Source: Spirochaetota bacterium (GTDB lineage Bacteria; Spirochaetota; UBA4802; UBA5550). From it: a DNA stretch of 64,000 nucleotides. A program made the translations under genes and the position numbers. The notes below the pieces were generated by a model, which did not search any database, was not told the origin of the DNA, and was given only the letters and a program-made list of their open reading frames with translations. Below, one piece after another: positions 30,458-39,568 of the stretch (its first letter is position 1; each line of letters begins with the position of its first letter). The DNA is taken from assembly GCA_963664815.2 (NCBI GenBank), contig CAXXHB010000003.1, positions 512,001 through 576,000 of the forward strand. The letters are read 5' to 3'.

Positions 30458-30703
30458 TCAACCGCCGCTTACTGGCGGGAAAATGGCCATTATATCGCCC
30501 TCTGAAAGAGTTCTCTCAACACTGCAATACTCTTCATTTACTGCGATAAGAAGAGTATCTTTTTTCTCTGAGAGTTCCTGATTTCCTTTTATGAAAAGAT
30601 CTAATACTTCATTAACTTTTATTGAATCGGAAACAATGAGTTCCTTTTCATTAAAACCGCAGATATCCCTTACTGATGCAAAGACTTTTATTTTAATTCT
30701 CAT
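30458..30703 (-). CDS. moaD: molybdopterin synthase sulfur carrier subunit
   Basis: AVNEEY and C-terminal PPVSGG. Confidence 0.92.
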   Translation of the reverse strand: MRIKIKVFASVRDICGFNEKELIVSDSIKVNEVLDLFIKGNQELSEKKDTLLIAVNEEYCSVERTLSEGDIMAIFPPVSGG

Positions 30704-30705
30704 AA

Positions 30706-31005
30706 CTACGCTTTTTTCTGACTTTTTTCTCTTTTTACCATAAATACATAGTGTTTAACATAGGGCTGAAGGCCTTCGGGAAATACAGATGTATCAGCTG
30801 TTTTAGGGTCACTGATTAGTGTGTCAATATCAGCTTTAGGAAGATCTTCTTCGCAAGCATCAATAAGCACCTTAAATCTTTTAATAATTTCACTATCAAC
30901 AGCATCTAAGGACATTTTATGCATATGTGTGTAAAGCTTCGTAAGATTTGTTTTTTTAACATTTTTTCTGACTTTCTTTACAGTGCTTTTTGCCTTTGCC
31001 GGCAT
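30706..31005 (-). CDS. hypothetical protein
   Basis: ATG 31005 after CAGGGG; basic N-terminus; ends 2 nt before moaD. Confidence 0.65.
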   Translation of the reverse strand: MPAKAKSTVKKVRKNVKKTNLTKLYTHMHKMSLDAVDSEIIKRFKVLIDACEEDLPKADIDTLISDPKTADTSVFPEGLQPYVKHYVFMVKREKSQKKA

Positions 31006-31166
31006 AAAAACCCCCTGAATCTTGATATTGGTGACGATGTTAGTGTACAAGAATATGCTGTAAACACAATTTTTTATTTTTTAAAGGGTACGTTTTAAAA
31101 AAGAATAGCGATTGAGACAATTCCGGCCGATTAATTATTATCATATTCTCAAAGAGGATTATTTGT

Positions 31167-31298
31167 ATGAAATGCTCAAGATGCGGCAAAGAGATTAATA
31201 TAATGAATCATTTTTATATCCCTGTAAAAAGCAGAAATGAGGGTATCAGGTATTGCATCGCCTGCGCAAGAGAAGAGCGGATTATTACACTTGTCTGA
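31167..31298 (+). CDS. 43-aa CxxC...CxxC zinc-finger microprotein (not in the ORF track)
   Basis: RBS AGAGGA; MKCSRCGKEINIMNHFYIPVKSRNEGIRYCIACAREERIITLV*. Confidence 0.75.
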   Translation: MKCSRCGKEINIMNHFYIPVKSRNEGIRYCIACAREERIITLV

Positions 31299-31356
31299 TC
31301 TGTATTATTGTTTTTTTTATCTGCTGTTTCCCGGTTTTCTCACACAGGATGTATAA

Positions 31357-32247
31357 ATGAGATCCGGCTTTTCAGATACGCCGTTTTTAATTTTCGTAAT
31401 TATAATGCTTCTTTCGTTTCCTGGATGCTCCATATTCAGGGGCTGCAACTCATCATCTGAAACAAAAAAATTTTTTAATCAGGGGGAAATTAATTCCGGG
31501 AAAAGAATAATTTCACTCTCGCCATCTGTCACAGGCCAGATTATTGACCTGGGAGCCGAAGAGAATATTGTCGGAGTGACCCCATATCATCCCGCGCTTA
31601 AAAAGGAGATTACCGTTGTCGGCACATATATAACTCCATCCATAGAGAAAATAGTAACACTAAAGCCTGACATTATTTTTATGTCGGAAGAGGATGGTGA
31701 GATTCAGAAAAATTCTTTTTTTGAAAAATTCGGATTGAAATATCACATGTTCAGGAGAAACAGCAGCTTTAAATCTATCTGTGACAACTATAGAGATTTA
31801 GCCATGATAATTGACCGGGGTGATTATGCTGAAAAGAAAATTAATGATTATAAAAGCAGATTAAAAAGGGTTAAAAAAAATGATCTGAATCTCCGGGTAG
31901 CTTTTCTTGTTTCAGCAAAACCATTAATAACTGTTTCAAAACTCTCCTTTATCTCCGGGATTATTAAAGATGCAGGAGGTATTAATGTATTTGATGAACT
32001 TAAAAATCCCTACCCGATACTTTCACTTGAATCACTCGTTATAAAAAATCCTGATGTGGTAATAATAATGATTCCCGGTGATGATCTTTATCTTAATCAC
32101 CAGTTAAGGAATTTTACAAGTGTGAACTTTGTAAAAAAGAAAAATATATTTGTTGCGGGAGATGAAGTAATTCCATATTATTCACCCGGAGAATACATAC
32201 TGTCAGTTGAAAGAATTTCCCGGATACTGAGTCTTGTGGCAAAATGA
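31357..32247 (+). CDS. cobalamin/iron-chelate ABC transporter substrate-binding lipoprotein
   Basis: Lipobox FPGC, RIISLSPS, PSIEKIVTLKPD and AGGINVF. Confidence 0.85.
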   Translation: MRSGFSDTPFLIFVIIMLLSFPGCSIFRGCNSSSETKKFFNQGEINSGKRIISLSPSVTGQIIDLGAEENIVGVTPYHPALKKEITVVGTYITPSIEKIVTLKPDIIFMSEEDGEIQKNSFFEKFGLKYHMFRRNSSFKSICDNYRDLAMIIDRGDYAEKKINDYKSRLKRVKKNDLNLRVAFLVSAKPLITVSKLSFISGIIKDAGGINVFDELKNPYPILSLESLVIKNPDVVIIMIPGDDLYLNHQLRNFTSVNFVKKKNIFVAGDEVIPYYSPGEYILSVERISRILSLVAK

Positions 32248-33212
32248 AAAAAATATATATATTATCAATACTGGTTTTTATTCTTTCTGCAGTAGCCGGA
32301 CTCTGTATGGGGTCTGAATTTATCGATCCTGTATCTATAGTATGGAATATTATCAATGGCCATGAAAGTTTAAATACTGAAATAATATTGAGGATACGGC
32401 TGCCGAGGATTATGGCCGCCGCCTTTGCCGGAGCAGCTCTCTCCGTCAGCGGAGCAGTTTTTCAGTCAATATTCAGAAATCCTCTTGCTGATCCATTTAT
32501 TACCGGTGTTTCAGGCGGTGCATCTCTTGGTATTTCAGCGGCAGTGATTCTGTCACTGGGGCCGCTTGCAACTGTTTTTTTATCATTCACCGGGAGTATT
32601 TTTGCCATTGCTGCTTTATACTTATTATCGTACGGCAGGGGTTTTGGAGGGAGTGTGTTTATCCTGGCCGGAGTGGCCCTGAGCTTTATTTTTTCATCCT
32701 CTGTAATGCTGCTTTTTTCTATGGCAGAATCCCAGAATGTTCATAAAGCGCTGATATGGATGATGGGGGATCTCTCTTCATCCGGAGATGTCGGGCAGGG
32801 TATTGTATCTTTCATGATATTTCTTGTTGCATTCATGTTATGGATTTTTCACCGGCATATAAACATTATCTCTCTTGGAAGATCATTTTCAAACAGCTCG
32901 GGTCTTTCAGATTCACAACTGCGGATTATTCTTATTCTTGCTTCTGTCTTATCGGCGCTGTCAGTAATTTTAGGCGGTATTATCCCTTTTGTCGGTTTAA
33001 TGATTCCTCACCTTGTCAGAATGCTGAACGGGCATGACAGCAGGAACCTTATCCCTCTCTCGGCCATTGGTGGAGCATCATTTCTTGTAATATCTGATGC
33101 GTTGAGCAGGTCTCTCGTTTTTCCATATGAAATTCCGGTGGGTATAATAACAGGTTTTGCCGGTGGAATTTTTTTCCTTTTTTTTGTAATCAGAAGCAGG
33201 CAGGTGCAGTGA
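32244..33212 (+). CDS. FecCD/BtuC family ABC transporter permease
   Basis: RLPR, FRNPLADP, GIIPFVGL and EIPVG. Confidence 0.92.
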   Translation: MKKIYILSILVFILSAVAGLCMGSEFIDPVSIVWNIINGHESLNTEIILRIRLPRIMAAAFAGAALSVSGAVFQSIFRNPLADPFITGVSGGASLGISAAVILSLGPLATVFLSFTGSIFAIAALYLLSYGRGFGGSVFILAGVALSFIFSSSVMLLFSMAESQNVHKALIWMMGDLSSSGDVGQGIVSFMIFLVAFMLWIFHRHINIISLGRSFSNSSGLSDSQLRIILILASVLSALSVILGGIIPFVGLMIPHLVRMLNGHDSRNLIPLSAIGGASFLVISDALSRSLVFPYEIPVGIITGFAGGIFFLFFVIRSRQVQ

Positions 33213-33213
33213 A

Positions 33214-34002
33214 ATGAAGGAACCGGTTTTTATAGCAGATTCATTAAGCGCTGGATACAACAGAAATACTGTACTCAGGAATATATCTTTTGGAATAGGA
33301 AAAGGGGAGTTTATCTCTTTAATAGGGCCTAATGGAGCCGGGAAGAGTACAGTAATCAAGGCAATCTCCGGTTTAATCCCGGCATCCGGTGGAAGAGTTA
33401 TTTTTCTGGGGCGCAATATAAATGATTACAGAAAGAAAGATCTGGCGGTAGAGATGTCAGTGGTAAATCCGATTATCGGAGAAATACCCGGTTTTTCAGT
33501 AAAGTTGTTTCTGTCTTTCGGACTTTTCCCGCTGAGGAAATTGTTCTCTTCAGATAAAGATGTGGAACTTATCGTTGAAGATATGGCGTCGCTTTGCGGA
33601 ATAGAACATCTGATGGAGAGGCCTATAAGTGAACTTTCTGCCGGAGAGTTTCAGCTGGTACAGATATCAAGGGCTCTGATTCAGAACAGGAATATTTTAC
33701 TCCTTGATGAACCGGTTTCAAATCTTGATTACAGGCATATGATTCAGGTGATGGATATTCTTTCCACACTGTACAGAGGGGGGGCAACAATTATCTGTGC
33801 CCTTCATGATGTTAACATAGCGGCTGAATATAGTTCCAGAATAATTGCAATCAAGAAAGGGACTGTCTTTTTTGACGGTGTGCCTGAAAAGGTTATTTCC
33901 GGGGTTACACTCTCTGGTTTGTATGATTCAGAATTTTTCTGTGGTAAAAATCCCGTAACAGGACGCCCTTCGGTATATCCTGTCCCGGGATCAGTGACCT
34001 GA
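33214..34002 (+). CDS. ABC transporter ATP-binding protein (FepC/BtuD-like)
   Basis: GPNGAGKS, LSAGE, LLDEP and LHD. Confidence 0.92.
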   Translation: MKEPVFIADSLSAGYNRNTVLRNISFGIGKGEFISLIGPNGAGKSTVIKAISGLIPASGGRVIFLGRNINDYRKKDLAVEMSVVNPIIGEIPGFSVKLFLSFGLFPLRKLFSSDKDVELIVEDMASLCGIEHLMERPISELSAGEFQLVQISRALIQNRNILLLDEPVSNLDYRHMIQVMDILSTLYRGGATIICALHDVNIAAEYSSRIIAIKKGTVFFDGVPEKVISGVTLSGLYDSEFFCGKNPVTGRPSVYPVPGSVT

Positions 34003-34004
34003 TT

Positions 34005-34676
34005 CTACCAGTCGTCACTTTGTCTGTCTTTGTATTTATCTCTTACAGTCGCTGTTATGTCATCGATGTAGAAGTACTGCCACATGGGGTGCATTGTTTC
34101 GTTAGCAGCCCTGTATTGAATATGCATAATTTTCAGAACTTTTTCTTTCTCAAGGTATTCATCCTGCTGCTTTATCTTCGAATCAAGATTCACGGTAAGT
34201 TTTTTCCATCCGAGAAACGATGTATTTCCGAATGTAATCCTGTGAGTTGTTCCGGTTACGTCCTGAAGCATCATTGATATTTCACCGGCGAATTTTTTAC
34301 CATAAACCCATATGGATATAGATTTGCAGTATTTTGTGATTTCAAGCGGTTTCACAGGGAATATCTGGAATGTATCACCTTTTTTGGTATACAACTTTAT
34401 TCCCAGATATTTTTTTGAATTGTTGAATTCTGCAGGGTATTGATCTCTTATTGCAATGGATCCCTGTTGTTCTGTTCCCTGAATAAATTTTAAGTTGCTG
34501 TTTGAATACTGGTTGGTTTCAAAATCTTCAAGTGTTATCTCTGTGTAGATGCTCTGATTCACCATTTCTGTCTCAGATGCTTTTTTTTCCGGCTCTTTCG
34601 CTGTTTCATTTTTATCCTGAGACATCGCAGGAATTAAAAAAAGAAATAATATTGCGCATATAAATATTTTTTTCAT
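34005..34676 (-). CDS. flaA: flagellar filament outer layer (sheath) protein FlaA
   Basis: Signal peptide, LEDFE, KYLGIK, KSISIWVYG, FLGWKKL, YFYIDD and C-terminal DDW; RBS GGAGG. Confidence 0.82.
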   Translation of the reverse strand: MKKIFICAILFLFLIPAMSQDKNETAKEPEKKASETEMVNQSIYTEITLEDFETNQYSNSNLKFIQGTEQQGSIAIRDQYPAEFNNSKKYLGIKLYTKKGDTFQIFPVKPLEITKYCKSISIWVYGKKFAGEISMMLQDVTGTTHRITFGNTSFLGWKKLTVNLDSKIKQQDEYLEKEKVLKIMHIQYRAANETMHPMWQYFYIDDITATVRDKYKDRQSDDW

Positions 34677-35115
34677 ATGTCATCCTCCAAAGTAAATACT
34701 TTTATATAATAGTTTGGATGTCTGTCAATGTCAATAAATTCTTACCGGGCGGTTTTATTTTTTCATGCGCTGTTTATTAAACATTATAATTAAATATTAT
34801 AGAAGTCATGATAAGCCAATTTTTTATGGGTCTGATGAGCGGCAATCCCTTTACAGGTCACCAGGATACCATTCAATATTATTTTCCTTGTTTTAAACCT
34901 GAAAATTCAATATATTAATATTTTATATGGTAAAATGGGTTGAAAAAAAGTTGCTTTTTTACTTTTATGGAGTTCAAACAGTATAATTATGAATGTATAA
35001 ATTTGATGAGTGTTTAAAAACACATAATTATAATTGCCAGGCCAGACATGGAGTTTAAGGAAAGACGATGTTTCCCATGAGTAGTAATAAATATATTTCT
35101 TAATAATTGAAATAA

Positions 35116-35496
35116 ATGAAAGAGCAGAGAGATTTTACAAGATATTCATGCCAAAGCAGTTCCGGCAGACAGATTCTTGTCAGGATAGGCGATGAGGCCG
35201 ATATGACCGGTACTGTACTGGATTTAAGTACCGGCGGATTTTCTTTTGTTATTGAATCGGGTTTGACAAAGAATATTGATATTAACCTGGAGAAATTTTT
35301 ATTTGTACAGCTAAATGCCGATGGATTCACTATAAATGCCGAGGTTGAAAGAAGATGGAGCCTCGTAAAAAATGATGGCAATAAAAAAATATTTACTGCC
35401 GGTGTCAGTTTTAATATTATTTCCAGCGAAGACAGGTTAAGGCTTAATGAAATTATTGAATATATCAGGTCCGGTTCTTCCGAATTTTATCTTTGA
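35116..35496 (+). CDS. PilZ domain protein
   Basis: c-di-GMP motifs RDFTR (RxxxR) and DLSTGG (DxSxxG). Confidence 0.88.
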   Translation: MKEQRDFTRYSCQSSSGRQILVRIGDEADMTGTVLDLSTGGFSFVIESGLTKNIDINLEKFLFVQLNADGFTINAEVERRWSLVKNDGNKKIFTAGVSFNIISSEDRLRLNEIIEYIRSGSSEFYL

Positions 35497-35524
35497 ATCA
35501 AATAACAGGATTCACAGAACTCTC

Positions 35525-37147
35525 ATGATTTTATTTTTAATTATTCTTGTCCTCTGCATTTCTTCTGAATTATATGCCGGGCCGGTTGATAAAAAGAAAA
35601 AATCGGTAAACTGGTTCTGGTGTTTATATGAACATACTGAAGATATTAACGCAGCTACCGTTGTATATCGTCCCTTTTACATGGAAGCTGTACATAACGA
35701 AAATCTTTTCCAGGCGTCCCTGCTCCCTGTTATTTTCTGGCGTTATAAAAACAATAAAAATGATGTGACGAAAGGTTTCTTCGGGCTGTATGAATCGACT
35801 GATTATAAGCATCAGGATGAAAAAAAAGATTATGACAATGGTCTTTTCCCTTTATTCCTGTATGGCAGCGGTGATTCCGGTAAAGACAATTATCTTTTTA
35901 TTTATCCTTTAGGGGGAAATATTCGCGGAAAATTCGCGTATGACAGAATTTCACCATATGTGTTCCCCGGTGTTGCTCTCTTTTTTTTATTCCCCCCATC
36001 CGGTATATTTACCTGGCAGACTTTTTTTTATTCTATGGCTGCATTGATACCGGTATACACCGGGTTTGAAGATAAGGATTATACCGGCACAGCGCTGTTC
36101 TGGCCGTTTGTATCCTGGGGGAAAGGGAGCAAAAGAGAGGATTTTCGTATTCTTCCGTTTTATGCTCATAACAGTAAAACAGGCTGGTATGATAACTACC
36201 AGTATCTTTTCCTGATAAACTACAGGGAACTATATCTTTCCCATGATGAGAGGTATACATTTTTCTTTTTACCTTTCTTCGGGAAAAAATGGAGTAAAAG
36301 CGGGAGAATGAAGTCATACACAGTTATCTGGCCTTTTTTCTCCTGGGGGTATGATCTTGATAAAAATGAAAAGATTTACAATCTGCCATGGCCACTGATT
36401 CAAATTGGCGATTCGGATAAGCCTAAAATGAAAAAGAGGATTTTTTTCCCTTTTTACGGAGCATACGAAACATCAACCTATGAAAGTATGTTTATAACAC
36501 CGCTTTATTTCAGAATAAAAAAGGATGCCGATTACTATAAATCCGAATATCATATAATATGCATTATTGCATGGTATCTTAAAAGGGACTATTTAAAACC
36601 GCACGAATACTACGGCAGGTCTTGGAGATATTTTAAACTGTGGCCGCTGGTTCAGGTTGAGTGGAGCGATTCCGGTTTGTACTCAATTAATCTGTTGTCT
36701 CTTTTACCATTCAGAGATACTGAGGGGTATGAAAAGCTTTACCAGCCATTCTGGACACTGTTCGAATACAGAAAAAAGCCTGACGGGGAAAAACATCTCG
36801 GAATCCTTCTCCGGACATATTACCAGGTATGGAATGATGATTTTTTTAAAATGAAGGTGCCTGTTGTTGTCAATTTTGAAAGCCGAGGCAATAGTATAAA
36901 AGAATTTACACTTCTGTTCAGTTCATTCGGTTATGAGAAGAATGAAGAAGGTACATATATTAAACTGCTCTGGTTTCCGGTAAAAATAGGGGAGGGTGAT
37001 GCTGATTTTGCAGAAAATATAAACACTGATCCGGATATGGATATCTCATTTATGAGGGAGAAGTATGGCTTTAATCCGTGTCATGCCAATCTAGCCTGTG
37101 ACAGTTTACAGGATAATTTTTATTTTAAAATTAATTTCAAGATGTGA
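35525..37147 (+). CDS. exported aromatic-rich repeat protein of unknown function
   Basis: Signal peptide from Met 35525; recurring (W/F/Y/L)P motifs at short spacing; 6 nt upstream of mlaE. The track start is 35447. Confidence 0.7.
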   Translation: MILFLIILVLCISSELYAGPVDKKKKSVNWFWCLYEHTEDINAATVVYRPFYMEAVHNENLFQASLLPVIFWRYKNNKNDVTKGFFGLYESTDYKHQDEKKDYDNGLFPLFLYGSGDSGKDNYLFIYPLGGNIRGKFAYDRISPYVFPGVALFFLFPPSGIFTWQTFFYSMAALIPVYTGFEDKDYTGTALFWPFVSWGKGSKREDFRILPFYAHNSKTGWYDNYQYLFLINYRELYLSHDERYTFFFLPFFGKKWSKSGRMKSYTVIWPFFSWGYDLDKNEKIYNLPWPLIQIGDSDKPKMKKRIFFPFYGAYETSTYESMFITPLYFRIKKDADYYKSEYHIICIIAWYLKRDYLKPHEYYGRSWRYFKLWPLVQVEWSDSGLYSINLLSLLPFRDTEGYEKLYQPFWTLFEYRKKPDGEKHLGILLRTYYQVWNDDFFKMKVPVVVNFESRGNSIKEFTLLFSSFGYEKNEEGTYIKLLWFPVKIGEGDADFAENINTDPDMDISFMREKYGFNPCHANLACDSLQDNFYFKINFKM

Positions 37148-37153
37148 TTTATT

Positions 37154-37960
37154 ATGGTAAATACTGAAGAAAGTGGAGTTTACAGGTTCTTTTCAGATTT
37201 TGGTGAACGGGTGTTGTATGAACTTAGATTTTCAGGTTTTACGCTTATACTTATATTCAAAACCTTTATTGCTTTCAGATATCTGTTTGTAAAAAGAAAG
37301 GAAATTGTGAATCAGATGTATATCTCCGGCGTAAAGAGTATGCCTGTATGTTCAATTGTTGCGCTGTTTGGAGGTATGATTCTTGCTCTTCATACCGGTA
37401 TTGAATTTACAAAGTACGGGCAGCAGGAACTGATACCGACATTGATGATTAATATCATGAATAAGGAGATGGGGGCTTTTCTGACGGCAATAATAATAAC
37501 GGCATTTTCCGGGGCGGCTATGGCGGCTGAACTGGGCACCATGAAGGTATCAGAAGAGATTGATGCGCTGGAGATGATGTCAATAAATCCTGTTGCCTAT
37601 CTCGTTATGCCGCGAATCGTTTCCATGATGATAATGCTTCCGACACTTTCTGTCTATACGATTATACTGGGAGTTACCGGCGGTGCGGTAATCTCTTATT
37701 TCCAGTTTGGCATTACAATGGATGCGTATTATCATAGAATTTTTCAGTCAATATGGGTAAAGGATATGTATGTCGGGCTTCTGAAGAGTATGGTTTTCGG
37801 ACTTTTGATTTCATCAATAAGCTGTGCGAATGGTCTCAAAGCGGAGAATGGTGCTTTGGGTGTAGGGCAGGCTACAAGGGTTTCGGTGGTGGCATCCTAT
37901 CTTATGATATTGATAGTGGGATATTTTATAACCGCTCTTTTCTACGGGGGGTTTTTATGA
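37154..37960 (+). CDS. mlaE: MlaE family ABC transporter permease
   Basis: AELGTMKVSEEIDALE, YLVMPR and GVGQAT. Confidence 0.93.
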   Translation: MVNTEESGVYRFFSDFGERVLYELRFSGFTLILIFKTFIAFRYLFVKRKEIVNQMYISGVKSMPVCSIVALFGGMILALHTGIEFTKYGQQELIPTLMINIMNKEMGAFLTAIIITAFSGAAMAAELGTMKVSEEIDALEMMSINPVAYLVMPRIVSMMIMLPTLSVYTIILGVTGGAVISYFQFGITMDAYYHRIFQSIWVKDMYVGLLKSMVFGLLISSISCANGLKAENGALGVGQATRVSVVASYLMILIVGYFITALFYGGFL

Positions 37961-38700
37961 TAGAGTTCAGAAACGTGTCAAAGAAGTTCAGTAATAAAAT
38001 AGTGCTAGATGATGTTTCTTTTTTTATCGAAAAAGGGGAAACCTTTGTTATCATAGGACTTTCTGGCGCAGGGAAGACTACAATTTTAAGGCATATAGCG
38101 GGATTTATTGATCCGGACAGCGGGGATGTATTTGTTGACAACATAAAGATGAATGGAGCGTCAACCGGAGTCAGGGCCGCGTTGCGGGAGAAAATGGGGT
38201 TTCTGTTCCAGTCCGGCGCTCTTATCAACTGGCTGTCGGTAAGGGATAATATTGCCCTCCCTCTGGTGGAACACAGACTGGGGAGTATTGATGAGATAAA
38301 GCGGACTGTTGATGACAAACTCAGGCTTCTGCAGCTTAGTGATGCAGGTAATAAAATGCCCTCGGAAATAAGCGGCGGTATGAAAAAAAGGGCAGGCCTT
38401 GCCAGGGCAATAGTCCGCAATCCCCGGCTGATTTTATATGATGAACCGACGTCAGGGCTTGATCCTGTGATGTCGGCGAGAATAAACGAACTGATAAAAG
38501 AGATGCAGGAAAAGCTTGAAGTTACATCGGTGGTGGTAACACATGATATGAACAGCGCTTATTATATCGCCGACCGCATTGCGATGCTTTATAACGGGGA
38601 GCTTATAGAATGCGGGACACCCGAGCAGATACGGGCAAGTTCCAATTCGGTTGTACAACAGTTTATTTACGGGAAGATATCGGGTCCAATTGAAGGTTGA
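37957..38700 (+). CDS. mlaF: MlaF family ABC transporter ATP-binding protein
   Basis: ATGA overlap with mlaE; GLSGAGKT, LFQSGAL, SGGMKKR, YDEPTSGLDP and VTHD. Confidence 0.93.
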   Translation: MIEFRNVSKKFSNKIVLDDVSFFIEKGETFVIIGLSGAGKTTILRHIAGFIDPDSGDVFVDNIKMNGASTGVRAALREKMGFLFQSGALINWLSVRDNIALPLVEHRLGSIDEIKRTVDDKLRLLQLSDAGNKMPSEISGGMKKRAGLARAIVRNPRLILYDEPTSGLDPVMSARINELIKEMQEKLEVTSVVVTHDMNSAYYIADRIAMLYNGELIECGTPEQIRASSNSVVQQFIYGKISGPIEG

Positions 38701-38726
38701 CAGGGAAAATATGTGTATGTTAACGT
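38697..38726 (+). promoter_or_regulatory. putative internal promoter for mlaD, possibly leaderless
   Basis: TTGACA-18 bp-TAACGT with an extended TG; ATG lies 7 nt downstream and there is no SD sequence. Confidence 0.4.
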
Positions 38727-38733
38727 GTGAACT

Positions 38734-39390
38734 ATGACAAAACTGAATGAATTTATTGTCGGTGTTGTATTTTTCAGTGCGCTTGCTATACTTGGTTATT
38801 TCACCATAATCCGTGGTGATTTATTTGATACCAGGGAATTTTTTTACGGGACTGTAATATTTGAAGATGTTGAAGGGCTTGAAATCGGAAACAAGGTACT
38901 CGTTAATGGGGTGGAAGCCGGTAATGTCACTGCTGTTGAACTGATGACAGACGGTAAGGTAATAGTTTCTATTAAATTATTCAGGGTATTTACCCTTTAT
39001 GAGAACTACAGAATTCTACTTAAAAATCAATCAGCTCTTGGGGGTAAAATTATAGTGATATATCCAGGCGCTTCCGATGTAAAAGGGGAGTTCTTTGATA
39101 CTGTTAAAAGCATGAAAAATCTCACAGGATATACAATTGGTGATCCGCTTACAAAAATATCTGAAGTGATAGATGAAAACCGTACCGGACTGAAAGTTGC
39201 AATTAAGAATCTGAGTGAATTTTCTGAAAAGATCAATAATGGAGAGGGTACAATCGGGAAACTGGTTAACCGGGATACACTTCATCAGGATACAAGCAAA
39301 CTTATAAATGAATTACGCGATACGGTGGAGGATTCCAGGGAACAGGCTCCGGTAACGAGTTTTATAAGGGCAGCATTGACCGCATTCTGA
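38734..39390 (+). CDS. mlaD: MCE/MlaD family protein
   Basis: N-terminal TM, GLEIGNKVLVNGVEAG, ALGGK.I.I.PG and GEGTIGKLV. Confidence 0.9.
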   Translation: MTKLNEFIVGVVFFSALAILGYFTIIRGDLFDTREFFYGTVIFEDVEGLEIGNKVLVNGVEAGNVTAVELMTDGKVIVSIKLFRVFTLYENYRILLKNQSALGGKIIVIYPGASDVKGEFFDTVKSMKNLTGYTIGDPLTKISEVIDENRTGLKVAIKNLSEFSEKINNGEGTIGKLVNRDTLHQDTSKLINELRDTVEDSREQAPVTSFIRAALTAF

Positions 39391-39568
39391 GCATATTCTT
39401 TATTTCTCTATTTTTATTGACAAAAATAGTGATTTTAAAAGACTTTTGGATTTACTTAAACACAATCAGAATAACAGTTATTCCTGTGGAATCAAAAGGG
39501 GTGAATTTTAAATACTCCTTTAAGGATTGTCATATATACAAACTACGTTTTTTAAGGATGGATTATAA

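Noticed and set aside
31060-31356. Cobalamin riboswitch upstream of the ABC transporter
   Set aside because: No B12-box or GCCACTG/GGGAAG core is visible, and the space is occupied by a small ORF.
34834-34870. CTGATGAG hammerhead-like core
   Set aside because: No properly placed stem II or GAAA.
37753-37956. N-terminal extension of MlaF in the ORF track
   Set aside because: It lies inside mlaE, and the ATGA-coupled start at 37957 gives a normal-length protein.
39420-39568. PyrR attenuator upstream of carB
   Set aside because: No convincing ARUCCNGNGAGGYU loop or terminator.
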